This document shows positions 48,360 to 61,249 of a stretch of DNA of 64,000 bases, one piece after another. Below the pieces are notes generated by a model that was not told the origin of the DNA, did not search any database, and saw only the letters and a program-made list of their open reading frames with translations. Positions within the stretch are counted from its first letter, which is position 1. Each line of letters starts with the position of its first letter. A program made the translations under genes and the position numbers. Source of the stretch: Selaginella moellendorffii (lineage: Eukaryota; Plantae; Lycopodiophyta); NCBI RefSeq assembly GCF_000143415.4, contig NW_003314392.1:282390-346389 (forward strand), written 5' to 3'.

Positions 48360-48606
48360 GCAGGATGGCGCTGCTATATAAGCGCCAGAGGATCGCTGCT
48401 AGATTTCTTCCCCAGCCATGGCCATGGATCGTCTTCTCGTGCCGCTACGCATTCTTTTCCTTGTTCGGACGATTTGCGATGTCCCCAGGATTTATCCCGC
48501 CTGCTGTACTTTTTCTGGGAGCTGGCGGCGCGCAAGAGTTTCCTCCTTTGATCCCAGAGATCACCATTCCGATTCCCAAGATCCCGGAGATCCCCAGCAT
48601 TCCGTG
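48360..48606 (+). pseudogene. 5' remnant of the Pro-rich/peroxidase gene (inverted copy, TATA retained)
   Basis: CTATATAAG..MAMDRLLVPLRILFLV..EFPPLIPEITIPIPKIPEIPSIP matches about 57440-57728. Confidence 0.88.
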
Positions 48607-50711
48607 AATGAATGAATATGGTGCCGATAAATGATAGAAGTCATATAGAAATTATTGGCTTAGTATTTGTTCATGTTTGGGGATTTGGAGTAATTGTAAT
48701 CTTAATGTTGTTAGGAAAAAAAAACGAGAAAAACCAAAAGATAAGCAAATGCATCATAGAGTTAGATGTATGTTACCTTGAAACTACATTAAAAGTTTCC
48801 ATGAAGATTATAATTGGAGCTGAAACAAAAGTCCTGAAGCAAAACATGAGAATAAACATGAAGGCAACATGAACAAGATAATGCTTTCTTGGTTCCTATG
48901 CGCCTGTGAGAATTAAAAATGGAATAGGATGCCTCTGTTCCTAAGCTTTGTGCAGATGCTGCAAGCAAGAATTGCTACACTGCCACCAATGTAAACAATG
49001 GCAAATCCGGTGCCAAGATCGACAAGAGAAAGAGCAAAATCGTGGCCGAGACTCTCGTCTATGAGGTCGGCCCCTTCACGTTCACTCCAGCGCTGCCAGC
49101 TTACAAATCGCCCTCAGCTCCTCTCAGTATTTAATCTCTCTCACAACAAGACTTTGGTAGCATTGGTAGAGGCGGACTTTCGTCAGTAGCAATGTTCTAG
49201 ATTTACATCTCGGATCGGAGCCTCCCGGGCGTGGAGGTGAAAGGCAATCCGTGTAAACAACACATAAATGTATTTTTATTAAACATAAATAGTGATGACG
49301 TGGCACGACCTTATATGGATTAGGGTTTAGAAAGCTGAAAATGGCTGCAATGTTTTGTCTCCCAAGGAAATCCATCTGATCAGGGAGCATCTGTCCTCAT
49401 CAAAAGTGGTTGAAGAGGACATAGTCTACATCTAAGTGACAAACAAGTTGGAGGCATTGTTGGCAATTAAGAGTGGAGTTTCAAGCTATTATACACTTTT
49501 GATTGATAAACATGTATGTGCATTCCCCATGTCTCAATTAGATTAATACAAAAATTAGGCATGCCACCTCTTAACAAGCTATTTTATGTGATTCTTTTAT
49601 GTCTCAATTAGACTTAGTCTTGAAGTAAAAGCAATCATGGTCATCTATTGTAGATCAAGTTGATATCCAAATCTCCCCCTTGAGCTAAACATAGATTAGA
49701 GTTGGGGAGGCACCACTGCTAATGGATCTCATTGTCAACCACCCTATTGAAACACATGAGCCATTTATTCCTCCACTCATCTAGTTGACTAGGTTTCACC
49801 TGCTCTTTCAGAATAGACTGGTGTAGTGAAGGCACACAATTGCAAGGGTAAGTCTCCACCATGAGGCCAGAATGGCAAATAACCTCACTTGATGTCCATT
49901 GAAGTGATAATAGTTATATACTTCCTAGAGTGCTTATATTTATGTTGTTTTCCATATTGCCCAATGCTTTTGACCCATTGCCTCCCAAACTGACATGCCA
50001 ACTTTAGCTTTTGTCACATCCCACCAAATTTGCATTCCCCAACCATGTCATCCTTGACATTAAATGCATCTCCAAAGTGACTTGTGGCCAGACCTCTTGT
50101 TCCTTCAAACCAATGAAGAATATCCCCACTTCTAGCTTCAAACTTTAGAATATCCTTGCCATTTTGAGAATTTGTCTCTATATCTCTTTTGCCATATCAC
50201 AATCCCAAAGTATGTGTTACAATATTTTTATCTTTCTACATTTTTGCACTATCAATATGTTTCATCATGAAAATGTTGTACCTTAATGTAGTGAGGTATT
50301 TATAGAGTAGCTTAGTTCCATAAAATAACACTTTTGTAAAGAGTTTCTATGGAGCTTGCTGGGAGCTTGCTTGAGTCACAATGATCTAGAATTCCCATTA
50401 GTTACCCATTATCCACCACTAACTTCTAAACAACCAAAAAGAATAATTTGAAAAAAAATTTATAAAAGTTTGAATATAGAAAGAAAGAATTTATTACACC
50501 TTATTTTCCAATTAGTTAAAAGTCGAAAGTGTCTAGAATTAAAAGTGCATTTTCTTTTCCAATCAATTAAAGGTTTTAGAATTCTTATGGTTAAGCATCT
50601 TGAATAGTATTGGGAAAAAAAATTCTAAATTTAGGAGTTATAAATTCAAAAGTTTACATAACCAAATAGTTTCCAATATCACTTGTTTGAACTCTTTGCT
50701 TACCACAAACC

Positions 50712-50833
50712 TCCTCTCACACTTCTTTAACCTCAAACAAGACAAAGCTCCTTGCTCACACTTTGTTTACCTCAAACAAAAAGCTCCTCACTCACACTTC
50801 CTTTACCTCCAACAAGAGGAAGTTCCTTACTCA
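50712..50833. repeat. ~36-39 bp tandem repeat, 3 copies
   Basis: CTCACACTT..ACCTC(A/C)AACAA..A(A/G)(G/T)..CCT repeated. Confidence 0.65.
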
Positions 50834-51228
50834 TGGTTTCTATATTGTATGATCCCAGTCTAAGTCCTCGATCAAATGCTGTTGCCACCATCTAAGTATT
50901 CCTTCCCCCTTGAGCATGGTCGTTGATTGAGCTACTGTCAACTGTTTCAGGGCCTGCCATACCACTCAAATCCTCCCCTACCTTGTCGTCCATTACCATC
51001 AGCATGTTTTGCTCATCACCCACCAACAGCAACATATCATGTAGCCTACATTCCTCGCCAGGAACACTATAAACCACACCTCTATGTTGCCATCCTCCTA
51101 AGCTGCCATGAACTCTGGTGTCCAAACCCTCAATCTAACTCGCTCTTTATCTAGTTCCACTTTTCATTGCACCGCCACAAAGTCTCTAGGTTTAAGACAC
51201 CTCTTGCACCTTCAATTGAGATTGAGGG

Positions 51229-51530
51229 GTGGCTGGGGAGTTGGTAATTGCATTTAAGATCGAGGCCGAATTGGAGTGGCTAGAGAGATCTATCCAGGAG
51301 GCTGGATACAAGCCCGATGATTTGCAGCTGGGTGAAGAAGAGGGCATCACATCTTCACAAGGCTCGCGATTGTGGGGGATGATTGCGACGCCCAATGCCA
51401 CGACGTTGTGGAATGTGCGAGTCTGCTCTGATTGCCACGCCACCACTAGGATCTCTAGCAGAAAGATCGTGGTGAGGGATTCTAGCCGATTCCACTACTT
51501 CGACAAGGATTGCTTGTGCCAGGGTTATTG
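51229..51530 (+). pseudogene. Decayed copy of the DYW-domain tail (47377-47726)
   Basis: IEAELEWLERSIQEAGYKPDDLQLGEEEG..VCSDCH..VVRDSSRFHYFDK; the HxE motif is deleted. Confidence 0.9.
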
Positions 51531-51619
51531 GAGAGGACAAAAAACGAAGAACCCTAAAAACAGAGCGCTGCGCGAGAACGAAGAGGCTATTCGATCGATC
51601 GATTCTAAGATGAGAGGGA

Positions 51620-52756
<1,137 letters not shown>

Positions 52757-52871
52757 TCAATCGTCGAGCTAGAGAGAGGGATGATCCTGTTCTTGCACAA
52801 AGAACGTTTCGGTTTTTATAGCGAGACCCGGTCTGATCTCCGGTTCCATCCACTCGACCAAACCCATAGCC

Positions 52872-52907
<36 letters not shown>

Positions 52908-53308
52908 GGAGCACCGCAAGCTTGAGACGTCGCCGCGAGCGATCAGCCGCGTCAAAATCCATCCAAAACGGAGCGCGCCAACCGCGATCTCGATTGACGA
53001 CGCTTGCGACCAATCCATTCTCTCCAGCTTGTGAGAAACTTCTTCTTTCTGTTCGATCTGCTCCACTGTGACGAAAGGTGAGTCGTAGCGAGCGAGCGAT
53101 CGCGCGGCGCCGTACTGCACGAAACGATGCCCCACGAACAGACAAGGATCCCCAGACACAAATTTTTTTAAATGGAAAAGCCGCGCGCGAACTCCCATAC
53201 AAACCTAAGGAGTTTATTGTCTGGAATGAATCTAATAGGATGGTTTGCTCGATAGAATTTGGTCGTAAGACTCGACGTAGGCTTTTCCAAGTTATACGTC
53301 TTTGTTCT

Positions 53309-55303
53309 TTAGGTGGTGTATGACCACATGTTGGCTATCAGCGAGTAGAAAGCACTGGTAGGCACTGACGGATAGCTTGAGTTCTTCTTGCCATCGTCAT
53401 GGTCGAAAACTTTGTCATTGTCTCGCGAGAGATTGCTTCTCGCGTAGCCTCCCAGCAAGCACGTCCACTCTAGGTCGCTGGGCACAAACGGCATGTTTTG
53501 GATGGCATCCTGGGCATCTCGCGAGTGCGCAGATCGGGCAAGCAGATCCACCACGCCAGTGTAGTGGTCTTTAGAAGGCTCCAGCCCAAAGTCCACCACC
53601 ATCGACATCAGAAACTTGCGAGCACTCGAAACCTTCCCGGCATGGCTGCAAGCGATGAGCAGCGATGTGAAGCACGAATCACTTGCGCGGCCTATCGTCA
53701 CGTCGCCACCATTCGTGATCATCGTGTGAAATGTGAGCATCGTCGCTGATTCCAGTTTGTTGTAGGCATAGCCCGCGATCATGACGCTCCACGCAAGTCC
53801 ATCTCTCTCCGGCATGGCATCAAACACTGCCTTGGCCTGATGGATGTGCCCGTTCCATGCATACGCTGTCAGCATTGCCGTCCACAGCGCTGGGTTCCTC
53901 TCGGGCATTGCTTCCAGGGAATGTCTTGCCTCGTCAAGATGCCCATCAAGCCCATACAGTGGTAGCATCACTGCCCAGCTCACAGCGTTTTGCTCGGGCA
54001 TCTCTGCTAGCAGCTTCTTGGCCTCCTCCACACACCCGTTTCTAGCGTAAGTCTGGAGCATCGACGTCCAGGAGATCAAGTCCCGGAGAGGCATTGCCTC
54101 AAACAACCTCTTGGCTTCGCTCAAGCACCCACACTTTCCATACACGAAAAGCATTGAGTTGAATGACGGAAGGTCCAGCTGAGGCATCGAATCCAGCACA
54201 CGCCTCGCCTGCTCCAAATCTCCAGCTTGAGCATATGCAGCGAGCAACGAGCTCCATGAGAGCACATTCACTCGCGGCATTCGATCAAAAGTGGCTTTGG
54301 TCTCGGCGACGTGATGCCGGCTGTAGGCGGCGAGCATGGCGTTCCACGCGATTAGATCTCTCTCAGGCAAGCGATCAAAGAGGAGCTTGGCGTCCTCCAA
54401 GCGATCGCTCTGAGCATACGCATGCAAGAGTGTAGTCCACGAGACTAGATCTAGTTGCGGCATGGAGTGTAGAATGATCCTAGCTTCGTCAACCCTCTCG
54501 CACTGTACGTAGGCCATTAGGAGCGCATTCCAAGCAACTAGATTTGTTTGAGGCATTGAGTCGAACAAGGCTTTAGCGCTTTCCAAATGCCCGTGCTGGG
54601 CATAAGCGGCAAGCATTGCAGTGCAGGATATGAGGTCGTGCTCTGGCATTTCTTCGCTAAAGAATGCCCATGCACGCACGAGATCTTTTCTATCAATAAT
54701 GGTTCCCAGCATTGTCGTCCATGACACGATGTTCCACATCGGCATTGTCTCAAACAAGTCCATGGTTCTTACAACATGCCCTTCACGGGCATATGCAGAC
54801 AAGAGCACGGACCAGGAAACAAGATCCTTTTGTGGGAGCAAGTCGAAAGTCCTCTTTGCTTCGTCTTGAGATCCATTCTGTGTGTAAGCAGCCAAGATTG
54901 TGTTCCATGAAACAAGACTGTGCTGAGGCATAGAATCAAACACTTCTTGGGCCTCAACAAGATGGCATGCTTCGGCAACTGCACGAAGAAGAATGTTCCA
55001 TGAAACGACGCTGGGCTGTGGCATCGCGCGGAAGAATTCTCGGGCCTGGTCGAGCTGCCGGTTGCTGGTGTAGGCCAAGAGCATCATGTCCCAGGAGAAG
55101 GAATCATTTTTGACTTGGTTCTTGTCGAAGATCTGGCGTGCCAGGGCGGGGCTTCCACACCTGGCGTACATTTCAATCAGCTTGTTTGCGAGGAAGGAGT
55201 CGGAGCTTGCGGAGAGAAAGGAATGGGCTGCCAAGTGAATCTCTTTTGCATCATTGAGCGTTTTGCAAGATTGAATGGCTTCCACAAGCTGCCTCCTCTC
55301 CAT
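53309..55303 (-). CDS. PLS/SS-class PPR-E protein without DYW (664 aa)
   Basis: 31-aa MPxxxLVSW repeats; ACSHAG; MPFVPSDLEWTCLL. Confidence 0.92.
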   Translation of the reverse strand: MERRQLVEAIQSCKTLNDAKEIHLAAHSFLSASSDSFLANKLIEMYARCGSPALARQIFDKNQVKNDSFSWDMMLLAYTSNRQLDQAREFFRAMPQPSVVSWNILLRAVAEACHLVEAQEVFDSMPQHSLVSWNTILAAYTQNGSQDEAKRTFDLLPQKDLVSWSVLLSAYAREGHVVRTMDLFETMPMWNIVSWTTMLGTIIDRKDLVRAWAFFSEEMPEHDLISCTAMLAAYAQHGHLESAKALFDSMPQTNLVAWNALLMAYVQCERVDEARIILHSMPQLDLVSWTTLLHAYAQSDRLEDAKLLFDRLPERDLIAWNAMLAAYSRHHVAETKATFDRMPRVNVLSWSSLLAAYAQAGDLEQARRVLDSMPQLDLPSFNSMLFVYGKCGCLSEAKRLFEAMPLRDLISWTSMLQTYARNGCVEEAKKLLAEMPEQNAVSWAVMLPLYGLDGHLDEARHSLEAMPERNPALWTAMLTAYAWNGHIHQAKAVFDAMPERDGLAWSVMIAGYAYNKLESATMLTFHTMITNGGDVTIGRASDSCFTSLLIACSHAGKVSSARKFLMSMVVDFGLEPSKDHYTGVVDLLARSAHSRDAQDAIQNMPFVPSDLEWTCLLGGYARSNLSRDNDKVFDHDDGKKNSSYPSVPTSAFYSLIANMWSYTT

Positions 55304-55753
55304 TCATCATTCAAAGTTTCTCTCGAGTTTGAGAGACGTTGGAGCAATAAAGTAAATCGACCCTTAGGGTTTTCTTGTTCCAGACTTAGATTTTCACTTG
55401 TATTATTTGTCTCTCTCGTGATGGAGAACTTCCAGAGCTCCAAATGATCTATTGAAAGCATTAGAGAGCCTTTGAAAGTTCTCCATGGCGTCTTGGGAAG
55501 GGGAGACATGGACATGGACATGGACATGGCGGGTCTTCTTTGCATGCTTCATGAAATCATTTCTCTCTCTGTTTGTTCACCCGTGTTCTTGCTCACAATA
55601 AATTTGAACAGCCCCTATCTGAGAATCAAGAAAATGCATTCTACTTTTTTTCTTCTTTTAATCTAAAAGGATTCACTTCACAAAATCTTAGTACTTACTT
55701 GGAAGAATGAATGAATCAAAAGCTAAAAACGCTAGAGCAACTAAAACCCTGCT

Positions 55754-57666
55754 TCAGTACTTGTGATTGACGAACCGGCACTCCTTCCTGATCTGGCCCT
55801 CCGATCCCAGCAGCGGCTTGATGGCAGCCATCCTCACCATGGACGCTACAAACTCCTGGAAGAACTTTGCCTGGTCGTAGGCAAATGCCGTAACCAGTGC
55901 GCTGGTGGGAGCATACGGCGCAAACAGCACCTGGTCCGACGTAAGAACACCCTTGTGAAGCTCCAGATCGACGAAGAAGTGATTGTCAAACTTGGTGGGA
56001 GTGACGATGTCCAGAGGCGTCGTCTCCTGCGCGTTGCCTTTGGGAGGACAAATGTGCTCGAGGCTGCGGAGGAGCGCCGGGTCGATGCTCGGATCTGGCC
56101 GACGAGTTCCCGCAAAGTTGTAGAGGCGCTGCCGGAAGCTGGCGCAGCGTGACACGCCGATGGTGTGAGAGCCCGTCAGTGCTACCAAGTCCACGATGGA
56201 CAGGCCCTTCTTGGCAAACGCGGCGATGAGCTGCGGAAGCGTCGAGTTGGGAGGCGGGATGTCTCTGTTGGCCAGGCTGCGGCTCGCAGTCAGGCTGTCT
56301 CGACGACCAAGATGAACTTCCCACGACGGGCCTCCAGTCTGATTCATGCCACACAGAAAAGAAGTGAGATCAAAGTCTAGTATCGAAGTACGTACCAGGA
56401 CGACCGAGTCCCGTGCAGCAATGGCGAGAACGTCGGCACAAGAAACAACACCCTCGCATTCCTTCTCCAGAGCAGCCTTGATCTCGTCAATGACTTCGAA
56501 GCCACGAGCCGAGTTCCTGTTGGGATTGGCGGTCTTTTCTCCTTTGAAAGTATGCGTATCGTCCAGAAGTATGGAAGCATCACATCCCTGCAAGAAATTC
56601 ACATCTTATTCTCATCAAAAACAAAGAAAAACAAAGAAAAAAGAATGCAACAACTTACCAGAACGAAACAATCGTGGAACTGAAGCCTGAGAATGTTTGC
56701 AGCAGTTCTAGAATCCTTTTCCACAGCCTGCTGCAAGACTTTCTTCACGATAGACTCGGCAGCGGGGCACTTCTCCTTGTAGAAGCCAGGCCGCAACACA
56801 GCAACTCCCATCTCCGCAGAAGTAGCACCACCGGGAAATGGAAATGGTCGTCCTCCTGGGAATGGAAAACCCCGTCCTGCTGGGAATGGAAAGCCTCCCA
56901 CGCCAGGCCTCGGTATCATGCCACCGGGAAGTAAACCCGGGATGGCTGGAAACTTTGGAACTTGCTCCTTCGGAACTACTGGATACTCCGGAACCTTTGG
57001 AACTTCGGGGACCGGCTGCTTGGGAGGAATCTCGGGAACTACTGGATACTCCGGAACCTTTGGAACTTCGGGGACCGGCTGCTTGGGAGGAATCTCGGGA
57101 ACTACTGGATACTCCGGAACCTTTGGAACTTCGGGGACCGGCTGCTTGGAAGGAATCTCCGGAACTACTGGATACTCCGGAACCTTTGGAACGGGAACTT
57201 CTGGAACTTTGGGAACTTCTGGCACTTTGGGTGGAATTTCTGGAACTGTAGGTATTTCTGGAGGAACCTCCGGTACCTTGGGAATGATTGGAACTGCTGG
57301 AACTTTGGGAACCTCCGGAACCTTTGGAACTTCTGGAATTACTGGAACCTCTGGAACCTTTGGAACTTCTGGAACGACTGGAACTTCCTTCGGCGGGACC
57401 TTTGGAACGATCGGAATCTCTGGAATCCTTGGAATCTGTGGAATGCTGGGGATCTCCGGGATCTTGGGAATCGGAATGGTGATCTCTGGGATCAAAGGAG
57501 GAAACTCCTGCGCACCGCCAGCTCCCGGAAAGAATCCAGCGCCAAGCTGTGGCGGAATAAATCCTGGGAACCCCGCAAATCCTCCTTGCTCGGCCTGTCC
57601 ATCCACTGCCCAAGCAAGAACAAGGAAAAGAATGCGTAGCGGCACGAGAAGACGATCCATGGCCAT
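55754..57666 (-). CDS. Class III peroxidase with a ~260-aa N-terminal Pro-rich (PEVPK/PEYP) repeat domain
   Basis: Exon 1 (57666-56659) runs without a break through signal peptide, repeats and LRPGFYKEKCP..LRLQFHDCFVL. Exon 2 is 56587-56396; exon 3 is 56338-55754 (GSHTIG, FDNHFF, GQIRKEC). TATATAA at 57709-57703. Confidence 0.9.
56972..57191. repeat. 63-bp coding tandem repeat, about 3.5 copies (VPKVPEYPVVPEIPPKQPVPE)
   Basis: Near-identical units start at 56972, 57035, 57098 and 57161. Confidence 0.95.
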
Positions 57667-58703
57667 GCCTGGAGAAGAAATCTCGCAGCAATCCTCTGGC
57701 GCTTATATAGCAGCTCCATTCTTCCTGCTTGGATCGTGGCTGACTTCACACTTCACCTAGAAATCTTGACTAGCCACTGGCATGCGAGAAGAAATCGAAG
57801 AAGAAGAAAAAGAAGAAGAACAAGAATCCACCGCGTCGCGCCTTCCCTACTAGCGAACAGCTAACCCTAACCTAATCGCGCCCAGAGAGGTGACAGATGA
57901 TGTTTGTGCTTTGTATTTTGTCAGCTCCAACCTAAAACTCCACATTGCATCTAATATTGCATGCTACACCAGGTAACAAATTGATGGAATCATTCGAGTC
58001 TTGCATTTACCAAGTTCCAAGCTTTCCTGTGAAAAACGAATTCATACACGATAGTGGAAACTGACGAAGAATCCCATTCATAAACATTGTAAATTTGTAT
58101 GTGATGAAATGCATAGTACTCACTAGACGTCTGCTGCCATTCACTGGAGAAATCCATAGCGAGGAACCAGATGTAAAAAAGAAAAAAACATAGAGAGTGA
58201 TACACATACCGTATGGTAACAAGAAGCGCAGGGGATCGCAGTGGTGCAATCCTCCAGATTAACTACCTTGCTTAAGTCATGCCTATATCGTACCATTCCA
58301 TGTTTAGGAGCTCCTTTAACATGGGTTCGTGGGCGTGTTTTTGAAGCGTGGTTACCATAAAGATTTTGCTTCGGTCTTTGACTGGTCCAACTATAGATTT
58401 ACACGCCTCTTTGAAAACGAAGTATTTGGATGGAGCACTGATCTTTCCCTGCCTTGTCACGTTCTTTTGTCTTCTTTGCTGTGCAAGTTTGAACATGGCA
58501 AAAAAAATGAGATTTAACGGGAGGCCTCTAGTTTTGAATACAAGAAAAGGACTGTTGACAGTGTTTTGGAAGTCGTTCTTGTCACATCCGGGAAATTAAA
58601 AGAAGCCGTTCCAATGGTCCTTCCTGGCGGTGGCGACTTGGAAGTCTTGCCATTACACATATTGGGGCTGCCTGAAGCCATTTATCGATAGTCGAATTGT
58701 TTG

Positions 58704-60617
58704 ATGGCTTGGATCGTCGCCCTTCTCGTAGTGGGGATTCTTCACATTCACCTGGGAGCAGCGGAAGTATCAGTGCAACGGGGTGAACTGGCTGGAGTAA
58801 ACAGCTCCAGAGCACTTCTAAGCATGAGCGGTGATACGTCTCAGAAATCCATCTGGTGGCAGTTCATTCCGCACCTCAAATCGCATCCAGAGGTCTTCTT
58901 GAGGTACTTGGTGTCGATTCCCATTCCAGAAGAGGAGCTGGGCAGTGTAGAACAGGTATGTGACAAGGACTATCTGAAAGAGATCCGTGATAGGGGAGGG
59001 CTCTTAGCAACCAGGAATGCATCCATAGCAGAGTATGAGTCCTCCGAGCACGTCAAGGGTCTGGGAACCATGAAGATCACCATGTGGCTGCTGGCATTTG
59101 TCTGCCTGCAGGAAAACCAGCAGGCCGCATCTACAGCAGATGCCGCCTGTGAACCAATTGCACCAGTTGTTCTGCGGGTTACTCCTCAAGATTATGATCA
59201 GGAAATCAGAAACTGGACAAGGTACTCACCAACATACTTCAGCTTGTGGGAGGTAGTCAGTGACAACAGTAATGTCCAACAGGTCACAAACACGGTTCCC
59301 TCCAGGATACTGGAGTTTCCAACTGAGTACTATACAAACACACAGTCAGAGTCAGGGTTTCAAGCTAGAACTCTAGCAAGGGAAAGCTACAAAAACTTAC
59401 CAAACTGTGGCAACTTAGGATTTGACATCTTTGCTGATCGAGGTGAGGTTGCGCTGACTGATAAAGGAGCCCGCTTACCATCTCCAAACGTGAGAAAAGC
59501 TCCTGAAGCAGGTGTGTACAACTATGGTGGAGCCGCGAAATGTTATAGAATGGATGAAGAGTTCAAGAACGCCACAGGCAGTGAGCTTCTCACTGTCCTG
59601 GGACCGGCCTTTCTTCCGGGCAAAATTGTTGGAGGCTGCCAAAGCGAGTCACCCTTTCTGTTTTCCAACCAGTCGGGCTACTACGCTTGCTACAGTGAGG
59701 AGCTGAATGCTACTGGAACCACACTCAGCTCGTGGAGATTCCACTGCGTACACTTCGACTGTGGCGAGAAAGAAGTGAAAGCCAGTCTGGTGCCGTATTT
59801 CAAAGCCGTCTATGAAGCTTCCAGGAACGAGACCAATACACTGGTGCCTTTGCAAAGACAGAGCTGCTCAGGACTTTCATCTATCTGGGTGCGAACGACG
59901 AACAGTCCGTCATCCAACTTTCCTCTCTATGATGCACCAGTATGTGAAAATAGAAGAGCAGCCAAGCCGGAAATGTGCTTGTGGGGCATAGATCCACCCC
60001 AGGATCTGCTGCAAACAAGTTCGGACATAGACATTCTTAGCTCGCTGCTCTCTCAAGTTAAAGCGTCGTACATTGCTGAGCATCTCTCGCTTTTGAACCT
60101 GGAGCAAGGTTCCCCGGCGGAGTTCTGGGTGGTGGCCATAACTCTCCCCAGTGCTTTCATCGCAGTTGTTGCGGGAGTGGTGCCATTGACAGATGCACAG
60201 TTGAAGCTGGTGCGAGGTGTGAGAGTCTCTTCACGCTTGAAACTAGGGCTTTTGTGCTGCTGCAACCTGGTCCTGGCCATTGTTTCCTACTCCGCTGTTG
60301 TGGCTTTGACGCCGACTGAGTTGCAAAGAGAGAAGAGTTTCAGGAGCTGGGCACTACACGCTGACCAAGTGCAGGTGACAAGCCATGGATTGCGAGTGCT
60401 GGTTGTTGCTCAGGGCGAATCGACTTACAAATCAAATAGTCTCCTGCTCGCATGGGTGTCCACAGCGGTTTTGATGCCAGTGGTCCTTTTGATCACCTTC
60501 CTGAGATGCAGGCAGGAGCTTAGAACTCTTCAAAGCCATAGGAGGAGCAGTTTGGGTGGGATGCAGCTTTCTTCACGAACGCCAAAGAGGTTTCTGAGAT
60601 CCTATAGTCTAATATGA
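58704..60617 (+). CDS. Uncharacterised intronless surface protein: signal peptide, ~450-aa Cys/N-glycan-rich ectodomain, 3 predicted TM helices
   Basis: Clean 637-aa ORF in AT-richer flanks; hydrophobic stretches FWVVAITL.., LGLLCCCNLVL.. and LLLAWVST..; no family recognised. Confidence 0.8.
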   Translation: MAWIVALLVVGILHIHLGAAEVSVQRGELAGVNSSRALLSMSGDTSQKSIWWQFIPHLKSHPEVFLRYLVSIPIPEEELGSVEQVCDKDYLKEIRDRGGLLATRNASIAEYESSEHVKGLGTMKITMWLLAFVCLQENQQAASTADAACEPIAPVVLRVTPQDYDQEIRNWTRYSPTYFSLWEVVSDNSNVQQVTNTVPSRILEFPTEYYTNTQSESGFQARTLARESYKNLPNCGNLGFDIFADRGEVALTDKGARLPSPNVRKAPEAGVYNYGGAAKCYRMDEEFKNATGSELLTVLGPAFLPGKIVGGCQSESPFLFSNQSGYYACYSEELNATGTTLSSWRFHCVHFDCGEKEVKASLVPYFKAVYEASRNETNTLVPLQRQSCSGLSSIWVRTTNSPSSNFPLYDAPVCENRRAAKPEMCLWGIDPPQDLLQTSSDIDILSSLLSQVKASYIAEHLSLLNLEQGSPAEFWVVAITLPSAFIAVVAGVVPLTDAQLKLVRGVRVSSRLKLGLLCCCNLVLAIVSYSAVVALTPTELQREKSFRSWALHADQVQVTSHGLRVLVVAQGESTYKSNSLLLAWVSTAVLMPVVLLITFLRCRQELRTLQSHRRSSLGGMQLSSRTPKRFLRSYSLI

Positions 60618-61249
60618 CCAGTTTTAATCTGAAAAGACAAATTGTCTGTCTAATTTTAAAAGACTTCTGCTTTCATCATGGAGCTAGATCTACCCTGAAC
60701 CACGGTAACTTGAGATGACCAAAAATTGCACGGACCACATATTATAAACGTCCATAGATTTTTTGATTGATGTTAAGTGAGTGGCTGAAAGAATTCACAT
60801 ATTAAACAGCCTGAAATGTGATCTCTGCTAGATCACTTATAATTACCCATTCTCTTTCTGTTTGGTACATTTCACAAGAGGTGATAATAAAATCTAAATT
60901 TCTTATTATAATAATTCCATCATGGTTATGTTAGGTGAAATTTGCTATGTTATGCAGAAGCAATAGCACAATCTCATGTACAACAAGAACCACAGCCAAA
61001 GAGCATTATGCTATATCAATTCATCCTTTTGTGGAGGAAAACTAGATTTATTTATTTTATTAGAATATTTAATTGTATTATCTTTGAATCATGATATTTA
61101 GTTTTTTTTATTAGACTTATATGTTATTAAATTTATCGGATTCAAGATTGAAGTCCTGAAGATCAAGTTTTATATTTGGTGCATTATGTTGACTTCTGTT
61201 GGGTTGACTTGAGCTCATCGAATGAACTGAACTCAAAAACTACCTAGCC

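Noticed and set aside
48610-51190. Retroelement remnant (reverse PPT-like ATCTCCCCCT at about 49671)
   Set aside because: No recognisable ORF motif or paired LTR, so it is too degraded to call.
56670-56690. RLQFHD instead of RLHFHD as a sign of an inactive peroxidase
   Set aside because: The changed residue is not the catalytic one; the distal Arg and His are intact.
56708-57760. Long alternative ORFs (Gly/Thr 280 aa +, Trp/Asn 225 aa +, Ser-rich 327 aa -; also 61551-62126)
   Set aside because: They are shadows of the stop-poor PEVPK repeat. Only the Pro-rich frame has TATA, ATG, signal peptide and a continuation into the peroxidase.
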